Assembly (NCBI GenBank): GCA_030692365.1
Contig: JAUYCC010000075.1
Location: 15,082-79,081, forward strand
DNA from: Pelolinea sp.
Lineage (GTDB): Bacteria > Chloroflexota > Anaerolineae > Anaerolineales > Anaerolineaceae
Direction of reading: 5' to 3'
DNA: 64,000 nucleotides
Positions within the stretch are counted from its first letter, which is position 1; every line of letters begins with the position of its first letter. The position numbers and the translations under genes are program-made. Below, piece by piece: positions 58,126-64,000 of the stretch. The notes below the pieces were generated by a model. That model made no database searches. It was given only the letters and a program-made list of their open reading frames with translations, and was not told the origin of the DNA.

Positions 58126-60018
58126 ATGAAAAATAAATTCAACATCCGTAACCGTTATGTGCTGATAGGCGATGCGATCCTGGTGGTTGTATCAGTGCTC
58201 AGCGCCTATATTCTACGGCTTGAATTGGTTGAAGTATTCAGCAATTATTACCTTTCACTACTTTGGATGCTGGGATTAACCCTCCTGATCAAACTTGTCG
58301 TTTATTATTTCTTTGGACTCTATCGGCGTATGTGGATCTATGCCAGTATGAAGGAGCTTCAGCTGGTTCTAGTTGCAGTTACCATAGCTTCCGCTCTGGT
58401 ATCAGCCTTTATGCTGGTCTTGTTTGCTAACAGGTTTTTTATTTCTTTTCCCCGATCAGTTCTGATTATTGACTGGATTCAGTCTATTATTTTTGTTGGG
58501 GGTTTAAGATACGGATTAAGGATGTTCGCGGAAGGGTGGAATAAATTTTCTGGCAATGGAAAAATATCCCCTCAAAAGACAGCCTTAATTATAGGGGCAG
58601 GCGATGCCGGAGCGTTGGTCGCGAAGGAATTATTAAAAAATCCTCAACTTAACTTAAAACCCATCGGTTTTCTTGATGATAATCCGGATAAATTTAAACA
58701 GCAGATCCATGGCGTTCCTGTTATAGGAAAGCTGAAAGATATTTCCAAGACGATCGATTCCAAAGTAATCAATGAAGTCATCATCGCAATCCCCAGCGCT
58801 CCCGGCAGCATAGTCAGAAGCGTCTCTGATTCCTGTCACCGTAACCATATCCCTTTTCGAACGATGCCAGGTCTATATGAATTATTAGGCGGTAAGGTGA
58901 GCGTCTCCCGTTTACGGGAGGTCGATATTGCTGATTTGCTTCGTCGCGAACTAACTGATATTGATGACCAAGCAGTTGGGAAAATTTTGAAAGGCAAGAC
59001 TGTCCTGGTGACAGGCGCCGGCGGATCGATTGGCACAGAATTGTGCCGGCAAATTGCCCGATGGAAACCTTCGGAATTAGTCTTGCTTGGGCATGGTGAG
59101 AACAGTATTTTTGAAACATACCTTGAAATCAAAGAAAATTTCCCTGAGCTGAAATTATCCGCATCTATTGCAGATATCCGTGATGGAAACCGTATTGAAC
59201 AAGAATTTTCTAGATACAAACCGCAAGTTGTTTTCCATGCGGCTGCGCATAAGCATGTGCCTTTAATGGAAAATAACGTTGAAGATTGCATTCTCAATAA
59301 TGTTCTGGGGACGCAGCATATCATTAATAGCTGTCTTAAGCATGATGTTGAAAGGCTTGTCCTGATTTCCACAGACAAAGCTATTCGACCGGTGAGTGTA
59401 ATGGGAGCAAGCAAACGTCTGGCTGAAATGCTGGTTTTGGATGCTGCCGCGAAAACAGATATGCCTTACTCCGTTGTAAGGTTTGGGAATGTCCTTGGTA
59501 GCCGTGGAAGTGTTGTTCCCTTATTTAAACGCCAAATTGCGCATGGCGGCCCGGTGACGGTCACCCATCCAAAGATGAAACGGTATTTCATGACAATTCC
59601 TGAAGCGGTACATCTGGTTTTACAGGCTGCGGGGATTGGCAAGGGTGGCGAAACGTTTATTCTTAATATGGGCCAACAGATCAAGATAGTTGATCTGGCC
59701 GAAGATTTGATTAAGCTCTCCGGATTGGAACCTGGTAAAGATATTGATATTGTCTTTACTGGAATAAGAAATGGGGAGAAACTTAGTGAGGACCTTTGGA
59801 ATGACGGCAGGCAATTCAACCAAACCAAACATCCGGATATTTATTCCGAGGAAGGCCAGGAAGAGTTGAGAGGAGATGCTCTTAACTTGGCAGTTAAAGA
59901 TCTGGTTGATCTTGCCAATGCTGGAGCAAAGGAAAAAATTATTAGCCAATTAAATAAAATCATCCCAAACGCAGAAATTAAAAAATCAATTATTAATGAT
60001 ATTTTGAAGATTAATTAA
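58126..60018 (+). CDS. membrane-bound NDP-sugar 4,6-dehydratase (PglF/CapD/WbpM-like)
   Basis: ATG 58126 one nt after the upstream stop; four TMs, IGAGDAG, TGAGGSIG, HAAAHKHVP, STDKA, MGASK, RFGNVLGSRGSV. Confidence 0.92.
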   Translation: MKNKFNIRNRYVLIGDAILVVVSVLSAYILRLELVEVFSNYYLSLLWMLGLTLLIKLVVYYFFGLYRRMWIYASMKELQLVLVAVTIASALVSAFMLVLFANRFFISFPRSVLIIDWIQSIIFVGGLRYGLRMFAEGWNKFSGNGKISPQKTALIIGAGDAGALVAKELLKNPQLNLKPIGFLDDNPDKFKQQIHGVPVIGKLKDISKTIDSKVINEVIIAIPSAPGSIVRSVSDSCHRNHIPFRTMPGLYELLGGKVSVSRLREVDIADLLRRELTDIDDQAVGKILKGKTVLVTGAGGSIGTELCRQIARWKPSELVLLGHGENSIFETYLEIKENFPELKLSASIADIRDGNRIEQEFSRYKPQVVFHAAAHKHVPLMENNVEDCILNNVLGTQHIINSCLKHDVERLVLISTDKAIRPVSVMGASKRLAEMLVLDAAAKTDMPYSVVRFGNVLGSRGSVVPLFKRQIAHGGPVTVTHPKMKRYFMTIPEAVHLVLQAAGIGKGGETFILNMGQQIKIVDLAEDLIKLSGLEPGKDIDIVFTGIRNGEKLSEDLWNDGRQFNQTKHPDIYSEEGQEELRGDALNLAVKDLVDLANAGAKEKIISQLNKIIPNAEIKKSIINDILKIN

Positions 60019-61013
60019 TGAGCGTCATAAGTTCATCAGAATGGGATCAGTATCTTGAAAAACATCCCAATGCACATATTCTTCAATCCAGGCTTTGGGG
60101 TGAGTTTAAAGCAAATTTTGGCTGGAAACCTGTTTACATCCAATCAGGTACTTCTGGCGCGCAAATCCTGTTCAGAAGATTACCGTTCGGATTTTCCATC
60201 GGTTATATTCCTAAAGGGCCAATAGGCCTTTTTCGCAAAGAATTATTGGATGAAATAATCAAACAAAGCCAGATAGAAAAGGCAATTGTCCTATATGTAG
60301 AACCCGATAGCTGGGAAGAAGAATTTGGTTACCAATGCCTTCTGAATTCCGAATTTGAAGAAAGTAATATTTCAATCCAGCCACGAAGGACAGTTCTTAT
60401 TTCTCTTGAAGGTAATGAGGATTATTGGCTTGAAAAAATGAAGCAAAAAACCCGGTACAACATCCGGCTTGCGCAAAAAAAAGAAATTACTGTAGAACCT
60501 TCAAGCGATATTGAGGTTTTTAATCGCCTTATGAAAGTGACTGGCGAACGCGACCAATTTGGTGTGCACGATGCGAATTATTATCGATTGGTTTATGAAA
60601 AATTTTCCAATAATAATAGTTGTGAGTTATTAATCGCAAAATTCCATGAAACACCAATCGCAGCGATTATGGTTTTTTTCCGGGGCAAAAGGGCATGGTA
60701 TTTTTATGGCGCCTCAAGCGATGAGGAGCGTAACCGAATGCCTACCTACCTGCTACAGTGGGAGGCAATGCGGTTAGCCGCAAAAAGAGGTTGTGCCGAA
60801 TATGATTTATGGGGGGTTCCTGACAATGATGAAGCATTATTAGAGAATAACTTCATGTCACGGGATGAGGGCTTGTGGGGTGTGTATCGCTTCAAACGCG
60901 GATTTGGTGGAAAATTGATGAGAAGCGCGGGTGTCTTTCAAAAAGAAATTAATCCTCCGTTATTCACACTCTACCAAATGGTTTATAAAATTCGAAAAAG
61001 TTCTCTTACCTGA
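60018..61013 (+). CDS. FemABX family aminoacyl-tRNA-dependent transferase
   Basis: HILQSRLWGEFK, YIPKGP, MKQKTRYNIRLAQKK, YLLQWE, YDLWG, GVYRFKRGFGG. Confidence 0.85.
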   Translation: MSVISSSEWDQYLEKHPNAHILQSRLWGEFKANFGWKPVYIQSGTSGAQILFRRLPFGFSIGYIPKGPIGLFRKELLDEIIKQSQIEKAIVLYVEPDSWEEEFGYQCLLNSEFEESNISIQPRRTVLISLEGNEDYWLEKMKQKTRYNIRLAQKKEITVEPSSDIEVFNRLMKVTGERDQFGVHDANYYRLVYEKFSNNNSCELLIAKFHETPIAAIMVFFRGKRAWYFYGASSDEERNRMPTYLLQWEAMRLAAKRGCAEYDLWGVPDNDEALLENNFMSRDEGLWGVYRFKRGFGGKLMRSAGVFQKEINPPLFTLYQMVYKIRKSSLT

Positions 61014-61034
61014 ACTAGGGGATAAATAAGAGTA

Positions 61035-62159
61035 GTGTCAAATTTATATGATATTAAAGACGCAATGAACAGAGAGCAATGGAATAATATCATTTCCCGG
61101 TTTGAACAGTCCACAATTCTACAAACCTGGGAATGGGGCCAAATAAAGTCACAATATGGCTGGAAGCCAGATTATTACATAAAGGTAGGCTCTTCTGGAA
61201 AACCTGAAGCAGCAGCCCTAATCCTTGCTCGCGAACAGCGAATTAGTAAATTTGGTCCTGTAATAAAAGTACTTTATCTCCCCCATGGCCCTTTGCTTGA
61301 TTGGAAAAACTTTGAAATTGTAAAAGAGACATTTGAATATTTAAAAAAATACTCCAAAGAACAAAAAGCCGCTTATATAAAGATTGATCCGCAATTCATC
61401 ACTTCACAGGGGATTGATAGTAACAATATAAAAAGAGAAGATAGTAATTCCGATGTTCCGGAATTTTTGGAAAATGCGGGATGGAAATATTCCAAACAGC
61501 AAATTCAGTTTAAGAACACTTTCTGGATTGATTTATCACATTCAGAAGATGAACTGCTTGCGAGGATGAAACAAAAGACTCGCTATAACATCCGGCTAGC
61601 AGAGAAAAAAGGCGTATCGGTTAGACAGGGAACAATCAAAGACTTTTATCTACTTTATAAGATGTACGCAGAAACTTCCTTGCGGGACGGATTCATCATT
61701 CGCCCAAAAGAATATTATTTCTACCTTTGGCAAACTTTTTTAAATGCGGGGATGGCAATTCCGCTTATCGCTGAAGTAAAGTGTGAGCCGGTCGGTGCGT
61801 TATTTCTTTTCCACTTTAACCAAAAATCATACTATTTGTACGGGATGTCCAGGGATGTTCATCGCGAAAAGATGCCTAATTACCTTTTACAATGGGAATC
61901 GATTAAGATAAGTAAATCCTTCGGCTGTAACATTTATGACCTTTGGGGTGCTCCGAATGTTTTTAATTCTTCTGACAGGATGTGGGGGGTATACAAATTC
62001 AAAGATGGGCTGGGCGGAAAGATTATCCAGACATTAGGGGCTTATGACTATCCAACATCAAAATTAGCGTATACAATAATTCAGGAAGCATTACCAAAAT
62101 TACAGTCAGTAGCCAGAAAAATTCGCGGCAAACAAAAAAGAGATGAATTAGCTGGATGA
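61035..62159 (+). CDS. FemABX family aminoacyl-tRNA-dependent transferase (second paralog)
   Basis: ILQTWEWGQIK, YLPHGP, MKQKTRYNIRLAEKK, YLLQWE, YDLWG, GVYKFKDGLGG. Confidence 0.85.
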   Translation: MSNLYDIKDAMNREQWNNIISRFEQSTILQTWEWGQIKSQYGWKPDYYIKVGSSGKPEAAALILAREQRISKFGPVIKVLYLPHGPLLDWKNFEIVKETFEYLKKYSKEQKAAYIKIDPQFITSQGIDSNNIKREDSNSDVPEFLENAGWKYSKQQIQFKNTFWIDLSHSEDELLARMKQKTRYNIRLAEKKGVSVRQGTIKDFYLLYKMYAETSLRDGFIIRPKEYYFYLWQTFLNAGMAIPLIAEVKCEPVGALFLFHFNQKSYYLYGMSRDVHREKMPNYLLQWESIKISKSFGCNIYDLWGAPNVFNSSDRMWGVYKFKDGLGGKIIQTLGAYDYPTSKLAYTIIQEALPKLQSVARKIRGKQKRDELAG

Positions 62160-62184
62160 TAACTAAAGTAATGAAATCGCGATT

Positions 62185-63195
62185 ATGAACCTCGATATTC
62201 AGACAACTGTCAGGACAATCTTCATTTTCTTAATAATTGCGTGCTCTGCAGTGGTTTTTACCGCTGTTCGTGCTTTTCGCGAGGCCGCAAGGCTGCGCTT
62301 TTTTCTGAAGAAAAGAGAACTTCTGGCTAGAGCCTGGAAGTTTATTTTCTTTGCAATTCTAATCGGGGGTTTTGCGATACTTGTAAATACTTTTGCCGAA
62401 CCGCTGACCTATAGGGTGTTCCCACCGTCGCCGACTGTTACGTTGACGCCTACAATTACTTTGATGCCTACCGTTACCGTAACACCTACAGTCACAATTA
62501 CACCCACGACGACAAAGACGCCGGAATTTACATCAACACCGATCATGCCGGTCGTAATCAGCCAGGATTTCACTTCAGAAGTAACACCCAATCCTGAAGC
62601 GGTTTTTAGCAATCCTGTTTTCTCGAAAAGAATCGATAAGGAATACCAACCAATTGACACGGCGGATACTTTTGAGAATCCAATTGATACGATTTACGGT
62701 TCATTTTCTTATGAACGCATGATCATCAATTCCCAATGGTCTGCCCTATGGTTCAGAGATGGCGAATTGGTATTCTATGAAACCAAGCAATGGAATGGCG
62801 CATCGGGTGGGTATGGATATACGGACTGTAGTCTCCCTGCTGACCAATGGCTGCCTGGAACTTATGAGGTTCAGATTTTTGTTGGAAAAATCTGGAAAGC
62901 AAGCGGTACTTTCACCATCACTGGGACACCGCCTACACCTACTATTACTGCAACCGCCACCATAACCAATATACCGACCAGCACCCTTGCACCTACCAGT
63001 ACATTGGAGCCAACAGCTACCTTAACACCCACATTGACCTTCTCGATTACACCATCATTAACCAACACACTGGTGCCATCGGTAACGGCAACCTTGACAT
63101 TTACACCAAACCCCAGCCAAACCGCTACAATTACCCCTGTCCCTATTGCAACGTTGGTGCCGACAGCTACCAGGTGGTCAACAATCTATCGGTAA
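62185..63195 (+). CDS. hypothetical membrane protein with two Thr/Pro-rich tracts flanking an Ig-like domain
   Basis: Two N-terminal TMs; TPTITL/TPTVTI hexa-repeats; WLPGTYEVQIFVG beta-domain; C-terminal T/P-rich tail. Confidence 0.75.
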   Translation: MNLDIQTTVRTIFIFLIIACSAVVFTAVRAFREAARLRFFLKKRELLARAWKFIFFAILIGGFAILVNTFAEPLTYRVFPPSPTVTLTPTITLMPTVTVTPTVTITPTTTKTPEFTSTPIMPVVISQDFTSEVTPNPEAVFSNPVFSKRIDKEYQPIDTADTFENPIDTIYGSFSYERMIINSQWSALWFRDGELVFYETKQWNGASGGYGYTDCSLPADQWLPGTYEVQIFVGKIWKASGTFTITGTPPTPTITATATITNIPTSTLAPTSTLEPTATLTPTLTFSITPSLTNTLVPSVTATLTFTPNPSQTATITPVPIATLVPTATRWSTIYR

Positions 63196-64000
63196 AATTC
63201 GACCGCTATCTGGCCGGCGATGTGAGCGTTATTTACCAGCAAGTCCATATTGGATTTCAGGCTGCGTTGGTCTGTTTGTTTGCTGATGCGGTCCAGTAGA
63301 AATGGTGTGGTTGCAGCTCCGGTGATCTGGCGGTCTCCAGCTTCGGATATAGCCAAATTGATCATCTCTTCCATGTAATCAGCCGGTAGTGATGAATCGG
63401 CAGGGGGTGGGACGGTTACGAGAATTGCAGATGAAAGACCCATTCCCCAATGAATTTTAGCAAATTCAGCAATTTCCTTTAGTTTGTCAAAACGAAAATC
63501 AACTTTCAACCCACTGGTTGGTGAATAGAATGCTGGGAGCTCATCAGTTTGATAACCAATGACTGGCACACCTTCTGTTTCTAAATACTCCCTAGTGCCT
63601 GAAAGATCCAGAATTGATTTTGCACCTGAGCAAACAACGATAATCGGAATTTTAGAAAGCGTTGGCAAGTCGGCGGAAATGTCCATGTGATTTCCCCGGT
63701 GAACGCCACCTATTCCGCCTGTGGCAAAAACCTTAATACCGGCCATATCTGCAATCGTCATGGTTCCTGAAACCGTTGTTCCCCCATCGAGACGCTTTAA
63801 TATCGCGCCGGCAATATCCCGGCGGCTTACTTTGATGGCTTTTACTGAATTAGCAAGCGTTTCTAGTTCATCATTATTAAGTCCGGCATGAATCTCACCT
63901 TTTAATAAGCAAATGGTTGCTGGTATCGCGGATTCATCCCGAACAGCCTTTTCCATCGCTCGGGCTGTTTCCAGATTTTCGGGTCTTGGCAAACCGTGCG
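63186..64000 (-). CDS. psuG: pseudouridine-5'-phosphate glycosidase (5' end beyond window)
   Basis: AHGLP at the window edge, KVSRRD, GGTTVSGT, FATGGIGGVHRG, DISADL, KSILD, TPFLL. Confidence 0.93.
   Translation of the reverse strand, partial: HGLPRPENLETARAMEKAVRDESAIPATICLLKGEIHAGLNNDELETLANSVKAIKVSRRDIAGAILKRLDGGTTVSGTMTIADMAGIKVFATGGIGGVHRGNHMDISADLPTLSKIPIIVVCSGAKSILDLSGTREYLETEGVPVIGYQTDELPAFYSPTSGLKVDFRFDKLKEIAEFAKIHWGMGLSSAILVTVPPPADSSLPADYMEEMINLAISEAGDRQITGAATTPFLLDRISKQTDQRSLKSNMDLLVNNAHIAGQIAVEFYR

Noticed and set aside
355-63068. Many short ORFs in the track that overlap real genes (e.g. 355-612, 3207-3839, 23876-24388, 56816-57439, 58836-59414)
   Set aside because: Antisense or alternate-frame shadows of well-supported genes, with no recognisable motifs or RBS
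62425-63175. ACx-rich quasi-periodic DNA as a CRISPR array or VNTR
   Set aside because: The periodicity comes from Thr/Pro codons in the 62185 protein; there are no exact DNA repeats or spacers
1-64000. Prophage, IS element, CRISPR-Cas or anti-phage defence genes
   Set aside because: No ORF shows transposase, integrase, capsid, Cas or recognisable defence motifs

Overview
A chromosomal window of mostly housekeeping genes, roughly 40% GC by eye. Gene content and protein style point to a Chloroflexota bacterium, probably Anaerolineae (inference). Core genes: ROK glucokinase, yvcK, gap, pgk, rpsT, argS, obgE, nadD, recX, rny, metE, map, def, recF, rsmG, two tRNA-Ala genes, a Leu T-box with leuS, thrB, thrC, tsaC, prmC, prfA, ridA and a partial psuG. 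Three cell-surface glycan loci are interleaved with them. (i) 11-14 kb: a Thr/Pro-rich lipoprotein, a Wzz-like protein and an O-antigen-ligase-like protein. (ii) 20-30 kb, AT-rich: WecE, WbqC, a GtrB/ArnC-like GT2, three tandem paralogous GT-C-like membrane proteins, and an rfbB::rfbA deletion-fusion pseudogene. (iii) 53.6-63.2 kb: a two-component pair, GT2, a WcaJ-like transferase, a PglF/CapD-like dehydratase, two FemABX-like proteins and a Thr/Pro-rich membrane protein. The best candidate for an undescribed system is a lipid-linked, aminoacylated amino-sugar glycosylation machinery that may act on Thr/Pro-rich surface proteins. Other notable items are a probable ArcE arginine synthetase behind argS, a T-box abutting a tRNA pair, a DtxR/MntR regulator heading a metE operon, and repeated leaderless-gene signatures. 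I saw no CRISPR array, transposase, integrase or prophage. All family calls come from motif recognition by eye; no database searches were run.
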